DNA of 64,000 nt from a virus. Lineage: Duplodnaviria; Caudoviricetes. The number at the start of each line of letters is the position of its first letter. Positions within the stretch are counted from its first letter, which is position 1. The DNA is taken from the IMG/VR virus record IMGVR_UViG_3300045391_005020, one strand, 5' to 3'. Under the pieces are notes generated by a model. It was not told the DNA's origin. It ran no database searches and saw only the letters and a program-made list of their open reading frames with translations. The position numbers were made by a program, and so were the translations under genes. Below, piece after piece: positions 45,417 through 54,843 of the stretch.

Positions 45417-46496
45417 TCAGGTAGCGGGGAGAACTTCCGGTTCTTTCAGAAGGGCGAGGGCCCTATCCAGCTTGGAGTTCGGAGCGCTGGCCAAGTAGGT
45501 CTTGAGACCCTCGGCCGCGGTAGTTTCGTGGTCGGTGCTGAGATTCATGATCGCTTCAGCCGCCAGACCCATTCGGTCGAACGCCTCAGCGACGCTTTCG
45601 GCTAGCATGTCCCGCGCGAAATGACCTTTGCCCGTGATCGCGCATTTGCGCACAATCTTGAGCGCACCGACGAGCAGGTGCTCGAGCGGCATGTCGGCAA
45701 TCGCCGGCTTGATCTTGGTCTTGATGTCCTGGGCTATCTTGAGCGGATTCGCCTGATTGCGGTCATAGTGGCGATGCTTCGTCACAGGGCTGCACACGAA
45801 CGCCATCCGGTAGACGCCGCCACGTTTGGTTCCGAGGTCCAGAATCTGTGCGAGCCGGATCTGGATGCCGCGCTTGGCAAGTAACCGAACCAGGGTGGCC
45901 TGAACATCAGTAGGCTTCGGAGTTTCACAGCCGAATACGCGTGCATTCGCTTTCCTGACCTTCCGGTTTCTGGCGTACGGGCCGCAGCGCGGAAGCGTGT
46001 AGAACAGGAGCGAATCCGGTTTCAGCCTGTCCAGGATACCAGATTCGAACATGCGGGCGGTGGGCTCGTACGGATCGATATCGACGACGTCGAGCATGAC
46101 TCTGGGATTCTTTTCTGCCCAGATCTTGAATTTTGGCACGCAGTCGACCTTGTCGTCGAAAGTCTGCGCGATCACGGTGCCGCCCGAGGTCCGGTACATC
46201 CGGGTGCAGCCGCCGTTGTGGCCAGCGTGCGACTCGTAGATGACCAGCTTGGAGCGGTCCTTGGTGATCTCGTAGAGAGCCGGGATCACTTCCGCGATCT
46301 GGCGCCTCTTGTCTTCCGGGTGGTCGACGCGTGGGTGACCGTGGAGCTTCATCCACTGGTTCATGCGCGCCTTGGCTGACAGTTCCTTCATTCCGCGCTT
46401 CATCAGGTCCGGCCAGTCGCCCCCGAGGGCAACGATAGTCTGGATCTGGGCGTCGGAGACGATGGGGTCTCTTCCGCGCTTCTTTTTCTTATGCAC
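45417..46496 (-). CDS. hypothetical protein, possible SAM-dependent methyltransferase-like fold
   Basis: YESHAGHNG (motif I-like) and LDVVDIDPY (DPY/DPF motif IV-like). Confidence 0.4.
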   Translation of the reverse strand: MHKKKKRGRDPIVSDAQIQTIVALGGDWPDLMKRGMKELSAKARMNQWMKLHGHPRVDHPEDKRRQIAEVIPALYEITKDRSKLVIYESHAGHNGGCTRMYRTSGGTVIAQTFDDKVDCVPKFKIWAEKNPRVMLDVVDIDPYEPTARMFESGILDRLKPDSLLFYTLPRCGPYARNRKVRKANARVFGCETPKPTDVQATLVRLLAKRGIQIRLAQILDLGTKRGGVYRMAFVCSPVTKHRHYDRNQANPLKIAQDIKTKIKPAIADMPLEHLLVGALKIVRKCAITGKGHFARDMLAESVAEAFDRMGLAAEAIMNLSTDHETTAAEGLKTYLASAPNSKLDRALALLKEPEVLPAT

Positions 46497-46585
46497 AAAC
46501 GCTCCAAACGCCGACGCCGGCCTCTCGCATGGAGAGTGCCGGCGTGTTCGCGAACCAACGAAGCTAGCGAGCTAGCGAGTGCGGA

Positions 46586-47314
46586 TCAGTCCTGGAGCTT
46601 GGCCGCGATTTCTTCGGGCCAGTGGACCGGGCAACCGTTCGTATAGACGTAGACGGTTCTGCCCGTCTTGGGGTTAATGACGCCGCCGAGATAGCCGACG
46701 CCTTCACAGTTCACTTCGCAGTCACAGGTACAGCCGCACGCGACCGCCGGCTCAGAGCCAGGCGTCGGAGCATCGGTGATCGGGAGCCCGAGCATGGCCG
46801 CGGCGTTGAGGTATTCCTCATACGCGCGTGCACCCAGCTCGTCTGAGTCTTCCGTTTTGACCGGCGCAATGTCCGGCAATGACACGCTGGGAGTCGGCGG
46901 CAGCTCTTGAAGAGATCCGCCAAATGGGGACGTGGGTTCCATATCACCTCCGATGAAATCGTGTGGCAATAGACTCGGCTCCGGGCTGGAAGGCTCCGGC
47001 GCATCGAGAAAGTCGTCCAACAGAATGATGAGATCGTCATCACGTTCTTGGCTCGAATTGGCGCTCTGCGCGGGTTCCAAGAGTGCCGGGTCCAGTTTAG
47101 GGGCTGAACGCTGCGCGCGTTCCCGCTCGATAAACTGGTTGAAAATACCTCTCCGGATCAGCCGGAGTCGGTCCCGTTGCAATCGTTGGTTTCTGGCCGC
47201 TGAGGCGACAAGTTTCCGCTGCGCGATGCAGTACTCGACCTCACGTCCGCGGTAATACGCGTGCACGGGGATCGCAGCCAGCATGACCATCACAGCAAGG
47301 ATGAAAAACAACAT
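46586..47314 (-). CDS. membrane-anchored protein with C-terminal Cys/His cluster
   Basis: N-terminal TM; GCTC...CPVH. Confidence 0.65.
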   Translation of the reverse strand: MLFFILAVMVMLAAIPVHAYYRGREVEYCIAQRKLVASAARNQRLQRDRLRLIRRGIFNQFIERERAQRSAPKLDPALLEPAQSANSSQERDDDLIILLDDFLDAPEPSSPEPSLLPHDFIGGDMEPTSPFGGSLQELPPTPSVSLPDIAPVKTEDSDELGARAYEEYLNAAAMLGLPITDAPTPGSEPAVACGCTCDCEVNCEGVGYLGGVINPKTGRTVYVYTNGCPVHWPEEIAAKLQD

Positions 47315-47344
47315 ACGAAACCTCCGAGGTCCGGAGTTCTGGAA

Positions 47345-47956
47345 TTATTGGGCTTCTGCGGGCGGCGTGATCGCCACCACGTAGATGTGGACAAACTCGT
47401 CCGTGTCCTTTTTGCGTTCTTGCAGGAACAGTCGTCCGCCCCAGTCGGAACTGGCGATCGCGACGAAGTAGGTGTCGGCGCCAGTGTCGAGCTTGAATGC
47501 GTACACGTTGTCCGAGATCTGGTGAGCACCCACGAAGGTGAACGCCTGTTCTTTCCCACCAGTCAGGGTCAGGCCCTTCTCGGTGGTGCTGAACAGCGGG
47601 ATCTGCGGATCGATCTTCTGCGGCTTTTGCGGGTCGCAGTTTTCGAATTCCACGAACGCCAGATAGTCGCCAACCAGGTAGTCAGGTAACGGCTCGACCA
47701 CGTACTCGGGCGCCGGCGCTGGAGCCGGTTCCGGATCCGTCGAGGATTCTTCCATCCAAGCTTTCGGGCTGAAGATGCCCAGTATCACCACCCCGATCGC
47801 GAAAAGTCGGATCGTGGTGTGAAGCTTCGGCCAGCTCAACGCCAGCGAGTAGCAGAGCGTGAACAGGATCAGGAAGTGCACGAGTCCAGGTAGGCCGTAC
47901 AGGTGGAAACTGATCGTTCCCAGAACGGCAAAGAGGGCAGCACGGAGTAACATCAT
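47345..47956 (-). CDS. membrane protein
   Basis: Three N-terminal hydrophobic segments. Confidence 0.65.
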   Translation of the reverse strand: MMLLRAALFAVLGTISFHLYGLPGLVHFLILFTLCYSLALSWPKLHTTIRLFAIGVVILGIFSPKAWMEESSTDPEPAPAPAPEYVVEPLPDYLVGDYLAFVEFENCDPQKPQKIDPQIPLFSTTEKGLTLTGGKEQAFTFVGAHQISDNVYAFKLDTGADTYFVAIASSDWGGRLFLQERKKDTDEFVHIYVVAITPPAEAQ

Positions 47957-48161
47957 GGGAGAACCTTTCTGGGCGGAACTTTGATGCGGTGTTTCGGGTC
48001 GGAGATGACGTAGTAGTTCTGTTTCTCGAGGACCGGTTCGGCAGCGTTGAGCTTGGCCACGAACTTTCGGCCGGCGGCGGCCGTCGCGAATCGCCGGAGC
48101 GATCCGCTCGGTCCAATCACCACGTAACTGAATGGAAGAGCGGATCGGCTCATGGGCGGCC

Positions 48162-48623
48162 TCAATCGATGTAGTTGCAGGTCTGGTCGTATTCCGGGAT
48201 GTCATCGACGCTGTCGATGAGCTCGGTGTCGTAGCCCTCTTCGGGACCGTGGTCGAACTCGCGGGCCTCGGCGCATTCTTCGTAGTCGTGGTCGGCCTCG
48301 GCGAACTCCGGGTCTTTCGGTTCGAAGATCATCTCGTCGAACAGATCCGGATCGTGGATAGAACGATCGCCGTTCATCTCCAGGTCGTCGAACTCGTCCA
48401 CGTAGCCTTCGGCCAACTCGGTGTCGTCGAGCTCTTCTTCGGCCAGGTCGTCGCCGAACTCGATGATGTCTTGGAGCTCGCCCACGTGGTCGAACGCGTC
48501 ATCGGTCTCATCCCGGAGCGACTCCGGGATGTTGCTGCCTGAGTCGATACAGTTGATGATCTCGACTAGGCACGAGCGCAGATACTGGTTCGCGGCTTGC
48601 AGGTTTTCTTCGTGAACTTTCAT
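48162..48623 (-). CDS. highly acidic hypothetical protein
   Basis: Very D/E-rich ORF. Confidence 0.7.
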   Translation of the reverse strand: MKVHEENLQAANQYLRSCLVEIINCIDSGSNIPESLRDETDDAFDHVGELQDIIEFGDDLAEEELDDTELAEGYVDEFDDLEMNGDRSIHDPDLFDEMIFEPKDPEFAEADHDYEECAEAREFDHGPEEGYDTELIDSVDDIPEYDQTCNYID

Positions 48624-48631
48624 GGTGTCCC

Positions 48632-48937
48632 TTACTCGATATCAAACGGTTGATCGGCTTCAGGATTCTGTGGATGTTTCGCATGAAACTCTTCCACGAG
48701 TTCTTCGAGTTCTGCCGACAGGACGGCGAACAGATCCATCGTGTCCTGCAACTCCTGCTCGGGAGTCGAGGCGATATAGGCTTTCAGGAATTCACGCACC
48801 GGGATGCCGTTGAAATGGTAGAGCGGCTCGATGCTGGCGACCGCAGTCTGGATCGCGTTGATGGCGTAACCTTGCATGAAGCCGATCCGCTGACCGTCTT
48901 CGAAGGTGACTTCGGGAACAAATTCGTCTTCAGGCAT
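48632..48937 (-). CDS. hypothetical protein
   Basis: ORF, start trimmed. Confidence 0.65.
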   Translation of the reverse strand: MPEDEFVPEVTFEDGQRIGFMQGYAINAIQTAVASIEPLYHFNGIPVREFLKAYIASTPEQELQDTMDLFAVLSAELEELVEEFHAKHPQNPEADQPFDIE

Positions 48938-49587
48938 TAGGCGTCCATGTATTGGCGGCGTGGAAGGATCGGACCGGTCGGGAGAACGCCGAGCGGGTTG
49001 ACTGTGTAGCCGTCGAACCAAGGTGCACAGCTCGGCATCGAGAGGCGCATGAAGGTGCGGAAAACGTTGGCGACCTGCCGCAGTGATTCGTGGACGCACA
49101 TGCCGTCCACCCAATAGGCGCGATGCGGTTCGAAAATTTCCGCGTTCGCATCACTGCACTGATTCGCCAGGTGATCGCATTCGCCGTCTCGTCCGGGCCA
49201 ACCCTCGAAGGATTGGTTCCAGGCCTTGCAGCCGGCGTGGCTCGAGATTGTGTACATGCCGGCGCCCTTGACGCCCCAGCCACCGCCGGTGTTGACGGGA
49301 CCCCAACCGCCGCATTCGCCGTTGTAGACGCCATCGACGTGCTTGCCGGCGCGTCGATGGGTCTCGCCTGATTCGACGACCTTTTCGTCGATCGTCAGAT
49401 ATCCGACTTGGCCGTTGTGCTCTTTCGCGGTGTCGAACAGAGCTTCCAAGACCTTGTGCCAGTCCTGGTATTCGGCCGGGACTGATTTGATATCGCCGAG
49501 CACCACCGGCATCATCATGATGCGCGTGCCCTTCGGGGCCGGGAGCTTGATGGTTCCGCGGCGTTCGAACTTACTATCGAAGCCCAT
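48937..49587 (-). CDS. 2OG-Fe(II) dioxygenase-like protein
   Basis: HRR.G.HVDG ... HES ... RTFMRLS (HxD...H...R). Confidence 0.65.
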   Translation of the reverse strand: MGFDSKFERRGTIKLPAPKGTRIMMMPVVLGDIKSVPAEYQDWHKVLEALFDTAKEHNGQVGYLTIDEKVVESGETHRRAGKHVDGVYNGECGGWGPVNTGGGWGVKGAGMYTISSHAGCKAWNQSFEGWPGRDGECDHLANQCSDANAEIFEPHRAYWVDGMCVHESLRQVANVFRTFMRLSMPSCAPWFDGYTVNPLGVLPTGPILPRRQYMDA

Positions 49588-49834
49588 GAGCGGCCTTTCT
49601 GGTTTTCGGTTTTTTCACGGGCCGGATGCGCTGCTTGAACACGTGTTTGGCCAGATTCTTGATGAGCCGATCAGCACGGGTTCTTGTCAGAAGGCTCGCA
49701 TCGTAAGCTGCGACCAATCCGACGAGATCCATCGCGTCGATGACAAGCGCACGTGGGATCACCAGCGACCGCTTGGTCTTGGTGTCCATGGCTCCGCGCA
49801 GAATGTCGATCAACTGAGTCAGGGTCGATACCAT
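49574..49834 (-). CDS. hypothetical protein
   Basis: ORF, start trimmed. Confidence 0.6.
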   Translation of the reverse strand: MVSTLTQLIDILRGAMDTKTKRSLVIPRALVIDAMDLVGLVAAYDASLLTRTRADRLIKNLAKHVFKQRIRPVKKPKTRKAAHGLR

Positions 49835-49836
49835 GG

Positions 49837-51060
49837 CTATTTGGTTCCAGTCGATTGGGTGAGGAAGCGGTCCCGCTGGTCGCGGATCCGTTCCGGAAGA
49901 TCGACCTGCGGCTCCATGAGCTGCAGGCAGAACTGGTACGCGAACGATTCCTTCTCGGGATCCAGGCAACGCTTGAGCAAGTCGGAAACCGGGGGCAGGT
50001 CCGTGGCATCACTGGCCGCGGCTTCTTCCTCGGCGCTCGTGAGCACCATCGGGTCGCGGATCAGGATCAGATTTTGGGGACCGTGGAAGTCCTGCTGGAT
50101 CTTGGCCGCAATCGCATCGGCGGTCGCGGCGTGGTCCTGGGTATAACGGAGCCACAGAACCGGAACCAACCCGTGCGGGTGGCACTGAGCGTGTTCCATC
50201 AGGACCGCGTAGAAGCCGGCCCCGTACTCGCTCGGATCAACCTGATCGGCCAACACGACCTTCTGGATGTACCGGCCCTCGAGGGGCAGGGTCGTGACCG
50301 AGAGGTCATCGTGGATCGCCAGACACGTCTTGGGACCCAGCTCTTCGATGGAGCGCGGGTGGGTCGAGCCGGTGTAGAATCCCCGGCCGCCGTTTCGCAT
50401 CGGCATTTCCTGGGCCTTGTGGATGTCGCCCAGGACCGTCAGGGGGATTCCGTCCGGTACCCAATCGAGGTCGCAATTCCACGCGCCGTCGAACCGGAGG
50501 GCCTGCCGGACCGCCTGGTGTAGAAATAACACCTGCGGGGGCGGAAGCGCCGGTTTCGTACGATCGGGCTCCAGCGAGGCGGCAAGTGACCGCAATCGGC
50601 CCTGGAAGCAATTCGGATCCGGAACCATCGCGGTACCGAGGAAGCTGGCCAGGCCGGCCAGCTGGGCCTGGATGAGGTCCTTGTGGGCGTAATCGAATCC
50701 GGAACAGGTCAGGCCGCCGATCTGGATCGGGTAGCCGTCGCCGAAATGGATCGGCCAACTGGAGGCGGCGCAGTACCAGGGGACCTGACGTTTGTCATGG
50801 TTACCTTGGATGCAGTAGACCTCGATGTTGGCTTCCTCGAGACGTTCCATCTCTCGGCGGAAGAAATCGACCAGGAATGGATCCGGATCGATCGAGTCGA
50901 AGATGTCTCCGACCAATACGAGGGGGACCTGATTCTGGATCGCGAGACCCACTAGGGACCGGAAGGCCACCAGGGAGTCGTCGAGGATATGGCGGTGCTT
51001 GCGCCAGATCAGTCGCTCGAGATGGATGTCACCCATCGCGAGCATGGCGATTTTGGACAT
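49837..51060 (-). CDS. sbcD: SbcD/Mre11-like metallophosphoesterase nuclease (gp47-like)
   Basis: GDIHL, GDIFD, GNHD, FLHQ, LGDIH, YTGS. Confidence 0.9.
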   Translation of the reverse strand: MSKIAMLAMGDIHLERLIWRKHRHILDDSLVAFRSLVGLAIQNQVPLVLVGDIFDSIDPDPFLVDFFRREMERLEEANIEVYCIQGNHDKRQVPWYCAASSWPIHFGDGYPIQIGGLTCSGFDYAHKDLIQAQLAGLASFLGTAMVPDPNCFQGRLRSLAASLEPDRTKPALPPPQVLFLHQAVRQALRFDGAWNCDLDWVPDGIPLTVLGDIHKAQEMPMRNGGRGFYTGSTHPRSIEELGPKTCLAIHDDLSVTTLPLEGRYIQKVVLADQVDPSEYGAGFYAVLMEHAQCHPHGLVPVLWLRYTQDHAATADAIAAKIQQDFHGPQNLILIRDPMVLTSAEEEAAASDATDLPPVSDLLKRCLDPEKESFAYQFCLQLMEPQVDLPERIRDQRDRFLTQSTGTK

Positions 51061-51080
51061 TCGGGAGGGCCTTTCTGGCC

Positions 51081-51177
51081 GACTCCCGAACTTTCATCTA
51101 ATAAACGTTTTTTACTGAAGAATACTAAAGAATACTCTCTTAGTAATATATGTTTATTAGGCGGAAGTTCGGGAGTC
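51081..51177. repeat. AT-rich long inverted repeat
   Basis: 26-bp arms GACTCCCGAACTTTCATCTAATAAAC / GTTTATTAGGCGGAAGTTCGGGAGTC. Confidence 0.75.
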
Positions 51178-51184
51178 AGTTTTG

Positions 51185-52030
51185 TTATTCATTACAGGAA
51201 GATGACTTGAGAGATTTTCCGGTTTTTTCACGCGGGTTCGGGACACCGAGGTGTTTCGCGACCCACGCCGATCCGGTATAGTTCCGGCGCCGAATCCGAC
51301 GGTTGAGACTGAAGACGTAATCTTTGTAGTTCGAGTGAGTCTTCAGGTGGTCCGGATGTTGGTTCATCTGGATCCACCGATCCAGCAACTCGTGTTTGTC
51401 CGAGAACTTCCAAACCTCGACGCCACCGATTTTCTCGCCCCGGCGGATCAGCTGGGACCCTTTGGGATTCACGTCCCGGGTCGACAACCAGATCCCGATG
51501 TATTGGTAGTAACAGGTTGGCCGGCCTTCCGGGCTGTGACCTGGATCCACCGACACCGTCCATCCGACGAGCTTCAGGTGTTCATTCGGGGTCCGGAAGT
51601 CCTTCAGGATCCGGCTATCGAGTGTCTCGTTCCATTCGGTCGGTTCCGTGGCCCGCAGGTACCAATAAGGCGCATCGAAGTACTCAACCAGACCTTGGAT
51701 GTCCTGCTGGCAGAGCATCCAGTAGGCCGGACAGAAAAGGTCCTGACACTGATGGACCAGGTTCGGTCGTTCCGCGGTATGGTACGCGATGCCGGTGCAG
51801 GCGTCCCGCTCCCCGAAGGTGTCGCGCGTGACGTTGAAGTCATGCTGGGCCCGCGAGAGCGCGTTGATGCGATCGTAGTTCTTGGTGCGGCTGCCGAGCC
51901 AGTTCTTGGCCGACGGGATGTCGTCCAGGATGGTCTCCAGAAACCGGTCCCAGATCTGGTAGGGATCATGGACCGGTTCGTCGTATGCCGACGCTGGGCC
52001 ATCTTGATTCCCTACGCGGGGAGATGTCAT
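51185..52030 (-). CDS. hypothetical protein with Cys cluster
   Basis: ORF; C...HQC..LFCP. Confidence 0.65.
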   Translation of the reverse strand: MTSPRVGNQDGPASAYDEPVHDPYQIWDRFLETILDDIPSAKNWLGSRTKNYDRINALSRAQHDFNVTRDTFGERDACTGIAYHTAERPNLVHQCQDLFCPAYWMLCQQDIQGLVEYFDAPYWYLRATEPTEWNETLDSRILKDFRTPNEHLKLVGWTVSVDPGHSPEGRPTCYYQYIGIWLSTRDVNPKGSQLIRRGEKIGGVEVWKFSDKHELLDRWIQMNQHPDHLKTHSNYKDYVFSLNRRIRRRNYTGSAWVAKHLGVPNPREKTGKSLKSSSCNE

Positions 52031-52482
52031 TTTGGGCCTTTGAGGAACTGCTGGATCTCGCCACCGGTGGTGTGGGTAGACCAAGTGTTGGGCACTGGTT
52101 GTGGTTTCCTGAACATGTCGTGGGCCAACTTGGCGGCCCCGATGGTCGGCAGGTAGGCGACGACCAGCCAACTGAGCGGCGCCTCGACCACGTGGCCCAC
52201 AAGGGCCAGGATCCAGAAGGCGTGCCAGCACGAGCTGCAGAACGGACACGAGACCAGGTCGGACAGGAAGCCAAACAGACGATGCCTGAGGCTCGGGACT
52301 CCGTAGATGGTCCCGTCCTTGGCGTCGCGCAGGATGTTGGTGGGAATCGAGAGCCGCATCAGGAACTTCCGGAGCGGCAGGAAAAACTTGGATTTGGCGG
52401 TCAATTCGGTCGCGGCCAATACGGCGATTCCAGCCAGGCCGGCGATACCAAGAATCGACAAGACAGCGAAGAAGATGTCCAT
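52027..52482 (-). CDS. DUF1360-like membrane protein
   Basis: F.PLR...LVSCPFCSSCW plus TM helices. Confidence 0.65.
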   Translation of the reverse strand: MDIFFAVLSILGIAGLAGIAVLAATELTAKSKFFLPLRKFLMRLSIPTNILRDAKDGTIYGVPSLRHRLFGFLSDLVSCPFCSSCWHAFWILALVGHVVEAPLSWLVVAYLPTIGAAKLAHDMFRKPQPVPNTWSTHTTGGEIQQFLKGPK

Positions 52483-52762
52483 GATTACCCCTGTAGGGTC
52501 AATCTTGACCCATTGCGAGAGCGATGATGACGAGGATGCCCAATCCCAGGACTGGGTTCAGGACCGCGAGGGCGACCATCGCGAGCGCGATGAGCGGCTT
52601 CTTACGGGCGTACCGGGCGAATTCCCGGACGGTTCGCCTGATTCCCCTGACAAGCTGATGGACGTGTCCGAACACGAGGTACCTCGGTTCTGAAGCGAAG
52701 TGGTTGTTTGTGGCGTTCGATGTAACGGCGGGCGGATTCCATGGTCGGTCTCTAGGACCATA

Positions 52763-52782
52763 TCCTAGACAATGGCATTGAC
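52763..52782 (+). promoter_or_regulatory. ACAAT-N4-TTGAC motif, plus-oriented toward terminase
   Basis: CCTAGACAATGGCATTGAC. Confidence 0.55.
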
Positions 52783-52872
52783 TACATCAACACAATGGAA
52801 ATTTTACCGTTGGTTGATACACTAAAACCGCAGGGATTAGAGGCAAAAACCCGCTAATCCCCGCGGGTGTGA

Positions 52873-53064
52873 TCAGTCCCTGTCCCGCCACCGTCCGTAC
52901 AGCCATCCAGCCAGGTGGCACAGGCCAATGAGAGCGCCTATGACCGCCAGGAAGAACAGGATGAACGGGATGGCCGGAATGAGGTTCCAGATCACGAGAA
53001 TCACCACGGCCCAGGTCAGCACCTGCCCGACGGGTGAGTTTTTCTGATGACGCCGACGCGCCAT
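52873..53064 (-). CDS. small membrane protein
   Basis: Basic N-terminus, two TM segments, GGAGG RBS. Confidence 0.6.
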   Translation of the reverse strand: MARRRHQKNSPVGQVLTWAVVILVIWNLIPAIPFILFFLAVIGALIGLCHLAGWLYGRWRDRD

Positions 53065-54840
53065 AATTCCTCCGAAGCGACCAGTTCGGCCGCGGTTATC
53101 CAGACCGTCCCGCAACTGCGAGACGCATTGGAGCGGTACCGGAACCTGCTGGACAAGAATCCAGAGATGCCGGTTTGCGATCTGCTACCGCTCTTATTCC
53201 GTCATAAGGGGAAGCCATTCAGTCTGCGGGACCACTTTCCCCATGAGCCGATGTATCGGCTCTCGATGGTCCCTCGTCGTCAAGTCACCAAGGCCGGCCG
53301 TCAGGTGGCGAAGTCCACCAACATGGCCGCGACCGGGATCCTGCGCGCCGCCTCGATCCCGTACTACAATCTTCTGACTGTTACGCCGCTGTTCGAACAG
53401 GTCCGCAAGTTCAGCTCCAACTACGTGAAGCCGTTCTTGGCCGAGACCACGCTCCGTACCCAGATCGTCGCACCAGGCACCGACAACAGCGTCCTCCAAA
53501 GGACGCTCAGTAACGGCGCCAACATGTTCTACAACTTCGCGTCCAAGTCGGCCGACCGCATCCGCGGTACGCCTGCCGATGAACTGGACGTCGACGAAGT
53601 CCAGGACTTCGATCTGGATGTACTTCCGGTTATTGAATCCTGTCTGGATGCTTCTGAGTATCAGCTGATCCGGTACTCCGGCACACCCAAGACGTTCGAT
53701 GGTCCGCTCCAGTACTACTGGGATCTGTCGAGTCAGGGAATCTGGCACATCTTGTGTCAGACCACCGGCTGCAAGCACGAGAACATCTGTTCGGTGGATG
53801 GCGACATCCTCAAGATGATCGACAATCCCAAGACCCTGGTGTGCGCGAAATGCAATCAGCCTCTCGACGCCCGGATCGGGATGTACGTGCACGGTCGGCC
53901 GGAGCGCAGGATGACGTTCCCGGGCTACCACATGCCGCAAGTCATCTTCCCGATGCACTACGAAAACCCGAAGAAGTGGGACAAGATCCAGAAGGACCTG
54001 AAGGGCGAGAAGCCGAAGTACATCATCTGGAATGAAATCTTGGGCGAGTCGCTCGACGTCGGGCAGAAGCTCCTGACGATCACCGACCTGAAACGCGCCG
54101 GCACAGCGCCGGTCACGAAACCCCAGCAATTCCCGCGCAGTCGCTACATCATGTCAGTCGGTGGGACTGACTGGGGCGGAAAGGGCAAGGAGCGGGTCAC
54201 CGACAAGGAAGACTTCATTTCCAACACCGCGTTGGCGCTGGGCGGCATGCGTAATGACGGCGTGATCGAGATCAAATGGTTGTACCGGACTCCGTACGAG
54301 GCGAACAATTACCAGGAAGCCAAGCTGGTCTACGAGACCTTCCGGGGCGTCGGGGTCGATTGGCTCGCCCACGACTTCGGCGGCGCCGGCAACGTCCGCG
54401 AGGACATCATGATCAACCTGGGGATGCCGCGCGAGAAGATCGCGCCGTTCACGTACACCAGGCTCAGCTTCAATAAGCCGATCGTGTTCTTCGAACCGTC
54501 AGGTGTCCGCGGCGCGCGATCGAGCTGGTCTCTCGACAAGCCGCGCTCGCTGTCCCTGCTGTGCGAAATGATCAAGTCCGGCCTGGTGATCCTTCCCGAG
54601 TACGAGAAGGTGAAGGAGTACCTCGAGGACTTCTTGTCCATCTACGAGGAAACCATCGAGACGCCGCGCGGGAAGCAGACGCTGGTGAAGCGTGTCCCGC
54701 GCAGGACCGACGACGTTGTGCACGCCATCAACTATGTGGTGATGACTCTCTGCCATGCGACCGGCAAGTGGCCCAAGATCGCGGACGCGTACATGAACCT
54801 CAAGGGCCCCGATCAGCAGTGGACCGACCAGGATCTGTAG
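53047..54840 (+). CDS. terL: terminase large subunit (GpA-like)
   Basis: KAGRQVAKST, RIRG...D..DVDE, GTPK, Zn finger, NEILG, GTDWGG, DDVVHAINY nuclease motif. Confidence 0.85.
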   Translation: MTPTRHNSSEATSSAAVIQTVPQLRDALERYRNLLDKNPEMPVCDLLPLLFRHKGKPFSLRDHFPHEPMYRLSMVPRRQVTKAGRQVAKSTNMAATGILRAASIPYYNLLTVTPLFEQVRKFSSNYVKPFLAETTLRTQIVAPGTDNSVLQRTLSNGANMFYNFASKSADRIRGTPADELDVDEVQDFDLDVLPVIESCLDASEYQLIRYSGTPKTFDGPLQYYWDLSSQGIWHILCQTTGCKHENICSVDGDILKMIDNPKTLVCAKCNQPLDARIGMYVHGRPERRMTFPGYHMPQVIFPMHYENPKKWDKIQKDLKGEKPKYIIWNEILGESLDVGQKLLTITDLKRAGTAPVTKPQQFPRSRYIMSVGGTDWGGKGKERVTDKEDFISNTALALGGMRNDGVIEIKWLYRTPYEANNYQEAKLVYETFRGVGVDWLAHDFGGAGNVREDIMINLGMPREKIAPFTYTRLSFNKPIVFFEPSGVRGARSSWSLDKPRSLSLLCEMIKSGLVILPEYEKVKEYLEDFLSIYEETIETPRGKQTLVKRVPRRTDDVVHAINYVVMTLCHATGKWPKIADAYMNLKGPDQQWTDQDL

Positions 54841-54843
54841 CGA

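Noticed and set aside
810-51000. Numerous long plus-strand ORFs (e.g. 33431..35140, 36820..38301, 43295..44833, 28991..30313)
   Set aside because: Antisense shadows of well-supported minus-strand genes in GC-rich DNA; no recognisable motifs or RBS.
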